In this document: positions 1 to 10,162 of the stretch, in pieces
Layout: every line of letters begins with the position of its first letter
How positions within the stretch are numbered: position 1 is the first letter of the stretch
IMG/VR virus record: IMGVR_UViG_3300035698_010959
DNA length: 64,000 bases
Source of the DNA: a virus
Reading direction: 5' to 3' (one strand)
Position numbers and translations under genes: made by a program
The notes under the pieces: generated by a model
What the model was told of the DNA's origin: nothing
What the model saw: the letters and a program-made list of their open reading frames with translations, nothing else
Databases searched by the model: none

Positions 1-165
1 GCCTGCAGACATACGAGCGGGATAGCGTAGGCCGTATTATTATTCATACAGCAGATGGTGGTTATATCTGCTTTTTTGAACAGGATGAGCCACGAATATC
101 CCAACGCTTAGGTGAAAAAAGGATAAGAGTAATAGATAAGTATGACGAGCGCCAGGAGATAAATC

Positions 166-420
166 ATGTTTGACAATCTGAAAGTACATGGGGACTATTG
201 GCCGGACAGCCCCCACGTTTGTGCACAGTGTGGATGTCCGCATTGGTATGGGTTTTATAAAGTAATTGAGTTTATGGGACCCACACTTGTGGACGAAAAA
301 AGCCAACATGTAGAAGGTGGTTGGGAATGCCGTGAGATAGTAAGACTCAAATCAGAGGTGAATGCTATGAAGAGTATATTGGAAGAAACGCAATGTATAT
401 CGGCAACTGTAACTAACTAA
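166..420 (+). CDS. hypothetical protein with CxxC
   Basis: ATG preceded by AGGAG; 84 aa. Confidence 0.65.
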   Translation: MFDNLKVHGDYWPDSPHVCAQCGCPHWYGFYKVIEFMGPTLVDEKSQHVEGGWECREIVRLKSEVNAMKSILEETQCISATVTN

Positions 421-482
421 TAAATATTCCCTATGGCGCTGACACGTCTGGGGCAGGCCAAAATTAACAAGGAGTTTTAATT

Positions 483-929
483 ATGCGAGACAGAAAAACC
501 ATATGGGTAGAAATCACTGAAATCGAACGTATTCAAACACTAGCCGATTATCTTTGCATCGACATAGGTGATGATATTGAAGTAGGATGGGATGATAATG
601 AATTTGATGTTGGTAAGCAGTCTTACAAGGTGCTTACAGATGCCGAAGCAGATGAAGAGGTTAAGGACTATATCCGCGAATCACTATGGGCATTTAATGC
701 CTCGTGGATTATTGAGCATTCTAGCCTGCCATACGAAGCAGAAGAAATGGTTAAGTCATTTCAAGAAGAGAAGTGTGAAGGCGCAAACGAGACTATTTTT
801 GCTATGCTTGACGATTTTGATGACTTTGTTGAGAAGAGTATTAGCGCAGATGGGCGTGGACATTTTATGTCGAACTGGGATGGTAACGAAAACAAGTTCA
901 ACGGACTGTTTATTTACCGTACCAACTAA
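483..929 (+). CDS. highly acidic phage protein (possible DNA mimic)
   Basis: AAGGAG RBS; very D/E rich; C-term DGRGHF..WDG.E...IYRTN. Confidence 0.7.
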   Translation: MRDRKTIWVEITEIERIQTLADYLCIDIGDDIEVGWDDNEFDVGKQSYKVLTDAEADEEVKDYIRESLWAFNASWIIEHSSLPYEAEEMVKSFQEEKCEGANETIFAMLDDFDDFVEKSISADGRGHFMSNWDGNENKFNGLFIYRTN

Positions 930-951
930 CAACTAATCAAAGGAAGAGATA

Positions 952-1164
952 ATGAGGAAAGATTGGCGTAAATTAAAGTGTGTATATTGTCATCTTGGGA
1001 TTATAGATGGATATGATGCTGGTCCATTAGAATGTACACACTGTTCTAGTGGTATACAGTTTATGTTGCCAGATGGAACACTGGCATTGTATCCTGGTGG
1101 TCCTTTTTGTGGAAAGGCAAATCCTGATGAATGGGAAACAGCAGAACCTTTTGTAATTGATTAA
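952..1164 (+). CDS. small Zn-finger protein (CxxC...CxxC)
   Basis: AAGGAAG RBS; CVYC and CTHC motifs. Confidence 0.6.
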   Translation: MRKDWRKLKCVYCHLGIIDGYDAGPLECTHCSSGIQFMLPDGTLALYPGGPFCGKANPDEWETAEPFVID

Positions 1165-1165
1165 G

Positions 1166-1417
1166 TTATGTGTTTCCACTTGTCCTATCATAAAACTTAA
1201 GTTCTTGTAAAAGATTTCTGTTTTGTAATAGTATATTTACATTTTTAGTACTTGCTATTTTTGTTAGGTATTTTATCATACATTTTATACTACAAAACTC
1301 TACTGTTTTATTTTTTATTGGAAACATTAATAACGTAGAATCTTCTGCTGGTATAGTTGTATTACAACAACTACATATTAAATTATTTGGTAGTAGAATC
1401 GTTAGTGCTTTGCTCAT
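1166..1417 (-). CDS. TRASH/MYM-like Zn-binding protein
   Basis: CSCC...FCSIKC motif. Confidence 0.55.
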   Translation of the reverse strand: MSKALTILLPNNLICSCCNTTIPAEDSTLLMFPIKNKTVEFCSIKCMIKYLTKIASTKNVNILLQNRNLLQELKFYDRTSGNT

Positions 1418-2093
1418 TATGTGCCGCCTGTATACTGTTTCTAAAGAATTTTAATATACCTTTTGCTGCTTTTAAATGTCTTTGTAGTGTTCGTGTACTT
1501 CCCATATTTAGTTCAGCTACTACTTCACTTTCAGTTTTACCATCATGATATACTAACTTTAATATTGCCCGTTGTAGTGGTGTTAGTCTTTGTAGATCTG
1601 GTCTTAGTACTGTTCTTCCATTTATCCATGCTATATCTAATTCCAGTTCTTCATCTTGAGCTGATTTATATGAATCCATATCTGGTAGTAATGCTATTTT
1701 TCCATTACCAGAGTATACTAATGGGTCTTTTATTAGTTCCTTTAGTTGTCTCTTAAATACATATTTAAAGTTTGAGGAAATGTTCAAATATTTTCTTGCT
1801 GTAGTAAGTAAAGCAAGAATTAATTCTTGTTGTATGTCTACTTTTTCATAAGATGTTAAAGCTTCTTTTAGCATGATTACAGTATTGTCCAGATTGCTGC
1901 TTCCAATCATAGCTATAAATTTTGTTATGTCTGAATCGTGTCTATCCCATATTCCTAATGTACACAGTCGCATATATTTAGCCAGGATTGGCTGAAAGGC
2001 GTCTATTAATCTTTCAGCCGCACCTGGTACGCCATCTTTGTATTCAAGCACAATCTTATTAAGTTCTTCTGTGCTATGAGTTCTTTCTTGCAT
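1383..2093 (-). CDS. phage RNA polymerase sigma-70-family factor
   Basis: Region 2-like N-term (AAERLIDAFQPIL); region 4 HTH LTPLQRAILKLVYHDGKTESEVVAELNMGSTRTLQRHL. Confidence 0.75.
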   Translation of the reverse strand: MQERTHSTEELNKIVLEYKDGVPGAAERLIDAFQPILAKYMRLCTLGIWDRHDSDITKFIAMIGSSNLDNTVIMLKEALTSYEKVDIQQELILALLTTARKYLNISSNFKYVFKRQLKELIKDPLVYSGNGKIALLPDMDSYKSAQDEELELDIAWINGRTVLRPDLQRLTPLQRAILKLVYHDGKTESEVVAELNMGSTRTLQRHLKAAKGILKFFRNSIQAAHNEQSTNDSTTK

Positions 2094-2701
2094 TACTTTG
2101 TTTTCATACCAATACTTTTTGGATCGAATGGCGCTACAGGTGTAGCAGAAGATGCTTGTATAATCTCTCTAGAATTACATGCATTTAAACATTCTATTCC
2201 ATAAAGAAGTTTTAATATGTCCGGCGTTAGTCTAACAGGGCTTTGTTGTATCTCTATTTGTTTGAAAAGTCCCATTGCTGTGTATCGTTTTTGTAACCAC
2301 TGTGATTCCATTTGTGAATAAGTTACTATATGTATAGATGGTACCTGCTCATTAGGCACTATTTGTATACTTTGTTTTAGTTGTTCACTTGCATTAGGAT
2401 CTGGATGTATTGCAAGAGTCGAATACCATTCCATAAATGTTTCTAGGCATCCTGGCCGTACATGGATTGCTATTATTTGATCTCCTGTTGTAGCTATTTG
2501 TTGTGCTTGTTTTTCTAACATACTAAAGAATTGGTTACGATCTTTTTCTGGTGCAGCCTCTAGTATATCAAAATCTGGATCTTTCTGTTGTTCTTCTGTA
2601 GGCTGCTCTGGAATATTATTAGTTTCTTCCTCTGTTGTTTCTTCTTCTAACTTTAATTCTTCTTCAGTTTTCTCAATCTTAATTATGTCTTCGTTAGTCA
2701 T
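2093..2701 (-). CDS. hypothetical protein, acidic N-terminus
   Basis: 202 aa ORF coupled to neighbours. Confidence 0.7.
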   Translation of the reverse strand: MTNEDIIKIEKTEEELKLEEETTEEETNNIPEQPTEEQQKDPDFDILEAAPEKDRNQFFSMLEKQAQQIATTGDQIIAIHVRPGCLETFMEWYSTLAIHPDPNASEQLKQSIQIVPNEQVPSIHIVTYSQMESQWLQKRYTAMGLFKQIEIQQSPVRLTPDILKLLYGIECLNACNSREIIQASSATPVAPFDPKSIGMKTK

Positions 2702-2856
2702 TTGTTTTTGTCCTCATTGTCCTTTACTTTAGATTTTCTTTTCTTCTTTTGTTTCTTTTCTTTCCATCTTTCTTTTATCTTTGTTGTTTCTAATTCATCA
2801 TCTACTGATCCTAGTTCTTCTCCTGTTTTTGGATCTCTTATCTTTATGTGTGCCAT
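2698..2856 (-). CDS. small basic hypothetical protein (52 aa, not in ORF track)
   Basis: MAHIKIRDPKTGEELGSVDDEL...KKQKKKRKSK; ATGA overlap with next gene; fills the gap. Confidence 0.6.
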   Translation of the reverse strand: MAHIKIRDPKTGEELGSVDDELETTKIKERWKEKKQKKKRKSKVKDNEDKNK

Positions 2857-2860
2857 TGTG

Positions 2861-3250
2861 TTAGTCCTGTTGGATTTTTCCTATTGTACCTTTTGGTGTA
2901 GGAGATAGTTTTCCATATGTTTCTTTTAAACCATCTGCTATTTCTGCCCATTTCTTATCTTCAGCAATAGCTGCTGATTGTACATTATTCTTTTTCTTAT
3001 TTGGATTGTTTGGGTCTATTAGAGGTCCACCCATTTTCTCTGTAAATAAGAGGTAGTTCATTCTATTTTTAGGAGTACACGTGCATATAGATCTTGGTAC
3101 TTTTCTATCTTCACATAGTTGACATTGTACATGATGCTTGTCATAGTTTTCACACATTCTACAAATGTTACATTGCTTATATGATGGGCATCTTGCTATT
3201 CTATGTGTAGAATAAAACTCTCCTCTTAACATGTTTGGTGTATCTGGCAT
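2861..3250 (-). CDS. Cys-rich hypothetical protein
   Basis: CxxCxxC, CxxC and CxC motifs. Confidence 0.65.
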   Translation of the reverse strand: MPDTPNMLRGEFYSTHRIARCPSYKQCNICRMCENYDKHHVQCQLCEDRKVPRSICTCTPKNRMNYLLFTEKMGGPLIDPNNPNKKKNNVQSAAIAEDKKWAEIADGLKETYGKLSPTPKGTIGKIQQD

Positions 3251-3266
3251 AGTTGTTAGTTGTCCT

Positions 3267-3869
3267 TTATCTAAGTGGAAAGATATCCATGTATCTATCT
3301 AGATTTAAAGCAAAGCTTTCTTCCCATACTCTTTTTGGAACAATATTTTTTATAAGAGTAATATCTCTTTTATCAAATAGTTTACTATTTTCTATGGGAT
3401 AGGCTAGTTTTGTATACATAAAGTTGTTCCACCAAGGCAATAGCTCACTGACTGCTTTTCCAGGAAAGAATGCAAAGTCTTTTGCAAATGCTGCTGCTAT
3501 TGATAGATGTTTCCACCATATTGGATTGTTTGATGGACAGATTCCATCTACAAATACTGTTGCATTATAATACATACTTGATCCAGTAAGCAATGATGTT
3601 GTTATTTGTGAATTAAATCCTAAAGTAAGTGTATTGTCATCTAGTTGGTAAAAACTATCTATATCTAAACACTTATTTATAAAATTTTGTTTGTCTAGTT
3701 CTGTTTTAACTATAACATGAACGCTTTCCCATTTCTTATCTCTTACTAGCTTACATGCTGTATTAGCTATCCATGTAGTTGTACCTGCGTGTTTATGTAT
3801 TAAAGCGATTAGCCTATTATATGGAAGCTCATCTAGTAATCTTTGAAGCGAGTTAGGCTGTAGAGTCAT
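3267..3869 (-). CDS. degenerate terminase large subunit ATPase-like domain
   Basis: HKHAGTTT (cf. RQxGKTT), TLGFNSQI (cf. l.NGS.I), VFVDG (cf. hhhDE), VWEESF (cf. w.qEy). Confidence 0.5.
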   Translation of the reverse strand: MTLQPNSLQRLLDELPYNRLIALIHKHAGTTTWIANTACKLVRDKKWESVHVIVKTELDKQNFINKCLDIDSFYQLDDNTLTLGFNSQITTSLLTGSSMYYNATVFVDGICPSNNPIWWKHLSIAAAFAKDFAFFPGKAVSELLPWWNNFMYTKLAYPIENSKLFDKRDITLIKNIVPKRVWEESFALNLDRYMDIFPLR

Positions 3870-4215
3870 TACTTTCTTCCTCTACTTCTTCCAAGATTGA
3901 AATTATATCTCCTTCTGGTAACATATGTATTGTTGTTCCATCAGGAAGTTTAAGCTCTACTGGGGCGTGCTTGTTAATTATAACTAAGTCTCCACGCTTT
4001 ACTATCATAGGAATTGGACTTCCATTTAGGTTTAATAGCCCAGGTCCTGTTTCTATAACTAAAGCAAGTTGTGATCTATCCTGTGCTTGATCTGGAAGGA
4101 TAATTCCTCCTTTTGTAATTGCTTCTGGCTCTTCTAATTTTAGTGCCACATTATTTCCTAATGGCTTTAAATGATATCTTTTACTTGTTGTTACTGTTGT
4201 TTCTTCGTTTTCCAA
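3853..4215 (-). CDS. groES: co-chaperonin GroES
   Basis: LKPLGNNVAL...ITKGGIILPDQAQ...ALVIETGPG...VKRGDLV...EGDIISIL. Confidence 0.92.
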   Translation of the reverse strand: MENEETTVTTSKRYHLKPLGNNVALKLEEPEAITKGGIILPDQAQDRSQLALVIETGPGLLNLNGSPIPMIVKRGDLVIINKHAPVELKLPDGTTIHMLPEGDIISILEEVEEESNDSTA

Positions 4216-4690
4216 TTTTTGGTTCCTCCGTTGTTATAGTTTTTAAATACCAATGTAGTGTTCCATTTTGTCTAAATTTATTTAATGGTTCAATTAGTTT
4301 ACATTCTATAAACTCTATTTCTGGTATACTTTTTCTATTACTATGTTTTTTTTCAAGCTTTATCCAATTCTTTATAGAAATTATATATGCTCTGATATTT
4401 GATTTTCTATTCTTATCTTTTCTAAAGGATATGACTATATATCCTTTTCCTTTATCCTTTTCACAATCTAATAAGCCTTGGCGTTGATGTGGCTCCAATC
4501 TTTTAAATTCGAAGCTTCCAAATATTTCTGATTTTTTTGCTTCTACTCCATAGTGTATTCCATTTACAAGTATCCAAAAATCATATGGTTCACTGTGTCC
4601 AGATCTTCCATTAAATGTGGATAGCTTAGCTCCATGCCAATTAAAAAATTTAATTGATCTACTTATTTCATTTTCAAAAATATTTGCCAT
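4181..4690 (-). CDS. recU: RecU-like Holliday junction resolvase (PD-(D/E)xK)
   Basis: FENEI, PYDF, GVEAKKS, RLEPHQ..GL motifs. Confidence 0.8.
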   Translation of the reverse strand: MANIFENEISRSIKFFNWHGAKLSTFNGRSGHSEPYDFWILVNGIHYGVEAKKSEIFGSFEFKRLEPHQRQGLLDCEKDKGKGYIVISFRKDKNRKSNIRAYIISIKNWIKLEKKHSNRKSIPEIEFIECKLIEPLNKFRQNGTLHWYLKTITTEEPKIGKRRNNSNNK

Positions 4691-4704
4691 GGGTTATACA
4701 CTAC

Positions 4705-4896
4705 TTATCTTGCTGGTATTGCATATCCACATTTGGTACAAACATATACTACTGTTGTTTCTACTATATCTGGTATGGTAAATTCATCATTTCTTAGTGT
4801 TACTCGTGTTTGTGTTATGAAGTTTAGTGGCGGCGCACATCCACATTTTGGATTTGGACAAGGCATTGAACCTTGTGTACTACTTAGTATTGCCAT
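4705..4896 (-). CDS. zinc-ribbon protein
   Basis: CPNPKCG...YVCTKCG. Confidence 0.6.
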   Translation of the reverse strand: MAILSSTQGSMPCPNPKCGCAPPLNFITQTRVTLRNDEFTIPDIVETTVVYVCTKCGYAIPAR

Positions 4897-4906
4897 TGAT
4901 TTGGTG

Positions 4907-5641
4907 TTAACTCCCTTTGTTATAATTTTCTAGTATATTTTGTTGTAAGTTTCTGATGTCTTCTGTTGTATACTTACTATATCTATTATACAACATTTTT
5001 CTAGTTTTGTCAAAGTCTTGTCTTTTTGTATAGGTTAGAGAGCTTCCTGACTGTCTACTATACATACATGTAAATATTGGTATGTATTTTATTTTATAGC
5101 GTAGCGACATTCGTATCCACATGTCCCAATCTTCATGGGTAGACAGGTCTGTATCAAACAATCCTATGTTATCTATACATTCTTTTTTGTGTAGTACAGT
5201 TAGTGTTGGCATTAGATTTGTTACCAAAAGTAATTGTGGATTATAAGGCTGTATAAAGCCGTGTTTTATCTCTAATGTCTTTCCATCTTTGTCTTTTATT
5301 GCTTGCATACATTTGGAATACACCATATCCACATTTTCTTTTTCTATTGCTGTTACTAGCGTATTAAGGTGTGGTTTTAAATAAATATCATCATCATCAA
5401 GATAGGCTATGTACTTTCCTTCTGTGTGTGTTAGTCCAGTATTTCGTGCTGCTGCTGCTCCTTGAGATACGTCATGTAGTATGTATTTTATTCTTTTGTC
5501 TTGTACTAGTCCATCAATAGACTGACCTCCATCATTGACTACTATCACTTCAAAGTCTGTGTAGGTTTGTTTTAGAATACTTGTAAGAGCATTCCTTAGC
5601 ATGTCTGGTCTGTCTTTTGTTGGTACAATTATACTTATCAT
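4907..5641 (-). CDS. glycosyltransferase family 2
   Basis: ISIIVPTKDR, VIVVNDGG, GAAAARNTG, YIAYLDDDD, HEDWDMW. Confidence 0.93.
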   Translation of the reverse strand: MISIIVPTKDRPDMLRNALTSILKQTYTDFEVIVVNDGGQSIDGLVQDKRIKYILHDVSQGAAAARNTGLTHTEGKYIAYLDDDDIYLKPHLNTLVTAIEKENVDMVYSKCMQAIKDKDGKTLEIKHGFIQPYNPQLLLVTNLMPTLTVLHKKECIDNIGLFDTDLSTHEDWDMWIRMSLRYKIKYIPIFTCMYSRQSGSSLTYTKRQDFDKTRKMLYNRYSKYTTEDIRNLQQNILENYNKGS

Positions 5642-6312
5642 TAGAAGTTTAGTTTTCCTCTGAACTCTCTAGCAACAGATGATACTTTACTGGAACATGT
5701 ATTTAGATATTGTTTATATTCTTCTGTTAGGTTTTCATTAGTTATATACCATGGAAGATGTCGTGCTTCATAAGGCGGTTTAGTTCGTATTGCTGCATAC
5801 CATCCCCATTTCATTCCTCTTTCTCTTTCATAAAGAGCAAATGTTGTATCAACAAGTGCCCAATAGTATTTATCTTTACCAACTGATTTTGTTCTATAGA
5901 TGTTTTCCAGTGGCATTATGTCTTTTAATAGTAGAGCATCTTCTGGTAAGTCATCTATTTTTAGAGAGAATCCTGCCTTTGTTATACACTTAAATGATTC
6001 CAAAGCCTCTATAAGATAGTCTACCATATCAAGCGGAACACTTGAAATATCCAGGTCTGGGTCTGTTACTATGAAGTGTTTTCCTTTGTCTCTGTCGATT
6101 AGCCCAGATTCCCAAGGTGCTTTATGTCCATAGTTTATATCCATGTGCTCTATTCTATATGGGCATGCGGTTTTATACCAATCAAGAAGAGGTTGGTAAG
6201 TTGAACAGTTATCTACAAATACTGGTTCAACTCCATCTATTAGAGAGAGCCTATTTGCTATATCTCTGGGCCAGGTTAATTGATTGTATACTATAATATA
6301 TGCTTGTATCAT
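5641..6312 (-). CDS. GT-A fold (GT2-like) glycosyltransferase
   Basis: FVDNCSTY, FIVTDPDL (DxD), VDTTFALY, ARHLPWY. Confidence 0.75.
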   Translation of the reverse strand: MIQAYIIVYNQLTWPRDIANRLSLIDGVEPVFVDNCSTYQPLLDWYKTACPYRIEHMDINYGHKAPWESGLIDRDKGKHFIVTDPDLDISSVPLDMVDYLIEALESFKCITKAGFSLKIDDLPEDALLLKDIMPLENIYRTKSVGKDKYYWALVDTTFALYERERGMKWGWYAAIRTKPPYEARHLPWYITNENLTEEYKQYLNTCSSKVSSVAREFRGKLNF

Positions 6313-6327
6313 CCTTTTATACTTTCT

Positions 6328-6939
6328 TTATTCTGGTTTTGTAAAATACCAAACGACTGATCCATTTATGACAATAGCATCTGGAACAAGCTCACTGACT
6401 GCTCTTACAACTCCGTAGTGTATCCATCCTTCTTCTACTGTGTAATTATTGTCTTTATCACATGCGGAATAAGCAAGATCTTTATTTTTTAGATCTTTCA
6501 TGAGGCATTCACAGTCATGTCCAGATATAATGCCACCTGGTTTTACTTTTGGATACCATGTTTCTATGTCTACTTTAACTCGTGTATATGTATGCCCTCC
6601 GTCTATGAATATTAAATCCATACTAGTATCTTCAAAGAACTTACTTGCTTTAGATGATTCTGAGATCATTACTGTAACATAGTCATCAAAGTTTTCAAAG
6701 TTTATTGTTTCTATAAAAGAATCTAACATTGGTTTATCAAATCCTATTGGATTTATACCTTTAAACCAATCAATACAATATAGATGTTCTTTTGTTTCTA
6801 TTGTATGTGCTAGAAGTGTTCCTGTTGATCCATTTCCCCAAGCACTTCCTATTTCTACTATTTGTTTTCCTATATCTATTGGTGTGGTTTGTGCTAAAGT
6901 AAGTAAAGATTCTTTATCTTTAGCTGATATAGGTACCAT
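6328..6939 (-). CDS. class I SAM methyltransferase (Methyltransf_24-like)
   Basis: IVEIGS..G.ST, DLIFIDGGHTY, KPGGIISGHD. Confidence 0.88.
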   Translation of the reverse strand: MVPISAKDKESLLTLAQTTPIDIGKQIVEIGSAWGNGSTGTLLAHTIETKEHLYCIDWFKGINPIGFDKPMLDSFIETINFENFDDYVTVMISESSKASKFFEDTSMDLIFIDGGHTYTRVKVDIETWYPKVKPGGIISGHDCECLMKDLKNKDLAYSACDKDNNYTVEEGWIHYGVVRAVSELVPDAIVINGSVVWYFTKPE

Positions 6940-6987
6940 TCCTGCTGCGCCTGCTGCTGTGTTTATTATAAGCTATGTTTCCTTTCT

Positions 6988-7674
6988 TTAAGAAGTTTTT
7001 ATCATAATAGCCATACCACAACCATCTGGTTGTATCACTGATCCCCCACCTGATACAATGTTTATAATTTCCCACTGTGATGTTATTTCTTCAGTTGTTC
7101 TTAATTCTGCTATAAACTGTTTGACTCCTGGGAATAATAATGTATCATGTATTGCTATTATTCCATTGTCTGACATTAGAGGATAGATAGAACAGAAGTC
7201 ATTTTTTGCTGCTTCATAATGATGATCTCCATCTATAAAAGCAAAGTCTATCTTATTAGGGCATAGACTATCTAATACTTCAGGAAAGTCTGCGTCTTGT
7301 GAGTTTTTCTTATGTATTATAACATTATCATAGCCTTTTGCTGTTATTCTTTCACTTACTGCTGTTTGATTATAGTAATCATCTTCGCTGGGCCATATAT
7401 CAAATCCATGAATAAAGCCACCATATCCGCTAACAGCAGCACATAAAGCTAATGTTGTATCTCCATAAGCACATCCTATTTCTATTACAGTTTTTGCTTG
7501 TAATATATTGGCAAGGGAATACAATACGAGTCGTTGATTTACACAAGTACCTCCTCCGCCTGTTTGTGTGGTTGTAATATAAGGAAGTAAAGCATGTTCT
7601 TCTTCATGAAGAAGTCCACCTTGCTTTCTGCGTATTCCTTGGGGGTTATTTCTTATAGGTGTTATGTTTGTCAT
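6988..7674 (-). CDS. class I SAM methyltransferase (Methyltransf_24-like)
   Basis: VIEIGCAYGDTT, DFAFIDGDHHYE, GIIAIHDT. Confidence 0.88.
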   Translation of the reverse strand: MTNITPIRNNPQGIRRKQGGLLHEEEHALLPYITTTQTGGGGTCVNQRLVLYSLANILQAKTVIEIGCAYGDTTLALCAAVSGYGGFIHGFDIWPSEDDYYNQTAVSERITAKGYDNVIIHKKNSQDADFPEVLDSLCPNKIDFAFIDGDHHYEAAKNDFCSIYPLMSDNGIIAIHDTLLFPGVKQFIAELRTTEEITSQWEIINIVSGGGSVIQPDGCGMAIMIKTS

Positions 7675-7831
7675 TTTGTTTTTCCATTCTTAGAATATTG
7701 TTGTTTTACTATTTATTAATGCTACTGCTGCTTCTATACTTTTGATTAAATTAGTTTGTTTTTGTTCTTTAGTATTTATTAAGTTTTTTTAGTTTGTTGT
7801 CTTATCATTGTAGATTATTTGTAAACATTTT

Positions 7832-9421
7832 CTATTCTTTTCCTTCTTTAGTTTGTATACAATTATTTAGCATATAATTACCATAGTAGTATAGTAATAG
7901 ATTTAGTGGATAATGATGTAGTGGAGACATGTTTAAATAAATAAGCGCTGTTAGTGCCTCTACTTTCCACCAACTATACCCTTTTGTATTGATATAGGCT
8001 TTTAATTCATCTATTGACTTAAAGGCATTTGTGTTTCTATCTAATGAAATAGTTACATCTGCTCGTTCTGGTTCCTGTGTTCCATTTAGAATTATAGTAT
8101 ATTTTCCATCTATTATTTTATCAAGAGAAAGTAACATACCTGCATGAAGTTTTGCTAGGTCATAATAGATATCTCCAATATCTGTGTTGTTTCCAAAGTC
8201 ATCTCTCCAATCAATTAGAGTGAAGTTGTTATTTGTATCTACTATAATATTGCTGAAATGTAAGTCTCCATGAAATAAATTAGTTGGTACTCCATTACAT
8301 ACCAAATTCCAATCTAATATATTAAGCATTTCATCTGTTGTTGGTATATTAACTTCATTTATACGACAACCGCAGTCCAGTATTCCTGTTTTGTTTCTAA
8401 ATGCTTCTATTCTTTTTAATGTTTTTTGTTTGTAGAAGGTATCACAGAGATCTGAGATATCAACATTTACTGGTTTCCATAATTTATTATCACACCATTG
8501 TAAAAATTTCTTTGTGAGGTTTGGTGTTACTACCTCTCTCATTAGTCTGCCTTGTGCTTTTGTATAGGCTAACCAAGAATTTTGTGATAATATTATATGT
8601 GGAACAGTATCTTTTAGAGCATCTGCTCTTATCTTCATTTTTGATATTACTTCTGTTGATTTATGATACTTTATTACTATATCATCCAACACATATGCTG
8701 CTTGGTCTTTCTTTGGTAGATTTTGATCTCCAGAGTTATATAGTTTACATCTCTTTATAAGTCCTTCTTGACTACCTGCGTCTATCCAATCTTCTACTTC
8801 TTCTGCGTTAAAGTATATGTCTTTGTTTGTTTCCAGCATTTTATTTATGATATGTACATCAGACATATCCGATTCTTTTAGAGCAAGTAGAGCGTGCGTA
8901 CATACCCAGAATACGTTTGTATCTTCTATTCTTACTATACCTAAATGAGTTTTTGCTGTTTCTGTGTTTCCTTTGTTTAGTATATGTGTTACTTTGTTAT
9001 CTTCTATAATGTCTTTGGCATATTGTATACTATTTGTGGTTGGTCCTACAAGTATAGAGTTTCCTTTTAGATTTTCTGGATTATATCCAATAGGAAGTGT
9101 ATCTCCTGCGTGAAAGATAAAAGGCTGTTGTAGTAGTCTTTCTGCGCATGAGATAGACATAAGTGGCCCTGCTGTTGGTCCTTGGTAGTCTATTACAGAT
9201 ATACATGTAATGTCACTATTGCCATGAGCTAGTTCAAGATAGGTTCTTATATCGTTTTCTTTATATCCTACAAGTATAATAAACTTGGTGTCTTTTGGGT
9301 ATAGTTCTATAATTCTTGTAAGCGTTGCTTTTCCACTTATACAAGCCAGTGGTTTAGGTATACTGCCTAGTATATCTCTTAGGCGTGTTCCTAATCCAGC
9401 ACATGGTATAACTACTAACAT
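7832..9421 (-). CDS. sugar nucleotidyltransferase fused to APH/choline kinase-like phosphotransferase
   Basis: N-term VIPCAGLGTRL...PKPL; C-term HGDLHFSNII, LIDWR, YYDLAKL. Confidence 0.85.
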   Translation of the reverse strand: MLVVIPCAGLGTRLRDILGSIPKPLACISGKATLTRIIELYPKDTKFIILVGYKENDIRTYLELAHGNSDITCISVIDYQGPTAGPLMSISCAERLLQQPFIFHAGDTLPIGYNPENLKGNSILVGPTTNSIQYAKDIIEDNKVTHILNKGNTETAKTHLGIVRIEDTNVFWVCTHALLALKESDMSDVHIINKMLETNKDIYFNAEEVEDWIDAGSQEGLIKRCKLYNSGDQNLPKKDQAAYVLDDIVIKYHKSTEVISKMKIRADALKDTVPHIILSQNSWLAYTKAQGRLMREVVTPNLTKKFLQWCDNKLWKPVNVDISDLCDTFYKQKTLKRIEAFRNKTGILDCGCRINEVNIPTTDEMLNILDWNLVCNGVPTNLFHGDLHFSNIIVDTNNNFTLIDWRDDFGNNTDIGDIYYDLAKLHAGMLLSLDKIIDGKYTIILNGTQEPERADVTISLDRNTNAFKSIDELKAYINTKGYSWWKVEALTALIYLNMSPLHHYPLNLLLYYYGNYMLNNCIQTKEGKE

Positions 9422-10092
9422 ACTTCCAATTTTCCTTTTGGTAGAAATTGTTGTTCTAATTGTTTTAGTTGTTCTGATAATATAGTGTTTGGAGCAAATA
9501 GAGTTGAGTTACCAACTACTGCTGTATGTATATTTCTCTGACTTAGAATAGGAAGTGTATTCATTGTTACACCTGTATCTACATATACTACTGTATTATG
9601 TTTCTTGGTCATAAGTGGTGCTTCGTATACTCTATCCATAAAGTCTTTTGTTGGTTTTGAGCCAAATACTCCTGGGGAACATCCCATTATTGTTAGCATA
9701 TCTATTTCGTTTAACAAATGTAATATTGTATCGAGTTTAGTATGAGGTCTTAATGCCAATCCTACCTTCATATTATGTGCTCTAATCTGTTCAATAATTT
9801 GATGTATATCTTTTGTTATTTCTGGATGAAAAGTTACTGAGTATGTTCCAGCATCTGCTAGCTTTTCTATATAATCTATAGGATTATCTACCATTAGATG
9901 CACATCTATAGGAAGTGGTTGCTTTTCTGTAAGTTGTTTTAGGAAATGAATATCTGATCCAACTCTTGGTACAAAATGCATATCCATTATGTCGTAATGT
10001 ATACTTTTTATTAATGGGCTTTTATACAACTCTTCAAATTGCTCTTTAAGGTTGAATAAATCCATACATATAAATGATGGGCTTAAATACAT
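9415..10092 (-). CDS. ribulose/allulose-phosphate 3-epimerase (AlsE-like)
   Basis: LSPSFICMDL..LKEQ, HYDIMD.HFVP, DVHLMV, TFHPE. Confidence 0.88.
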   Translation of the reverse strand: MYLSPSFICMDLFNLKEQFEELYKSPLIKSIHYDIMDMHFVPRVGSDIHFLKQLTEKQPLPIDVHLMVDNPIDYIEKLADAGTYSVTFHPEITKDIHQIIEQIRAHNMKVGLALRPHTKLDTILHLLNEIDMLTIMGCSPGVFGSKPTKDFMDRVYEAPLMTKKHNTVVYVDTGVTMNTLPILSQRNIHTAVVGNSTLFAPNTILSEQLKQLEQQFLPKGKLEVC

Positions 10093-10133
10093 TGTATTGA
10101 TATTCCTTGTTTTTCCAGCGCTGTCCTATACTT

Positions 10134-10162
10134 ATTATAGGTAAGTTTATGATTTTTGTAAA
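10134..10162 (-). promoter_or_regulatory. sigma70/sigmaA-type promoter
   Basis: TTTACA-17 bp-TATAAT upstream of the epimerase. Confidence 0.6.

Noticed and set aside
7675-7831. Possible small or frameshifted ORF in the gap
   Set aside because: All frames have early stops and there is no recognisable motif
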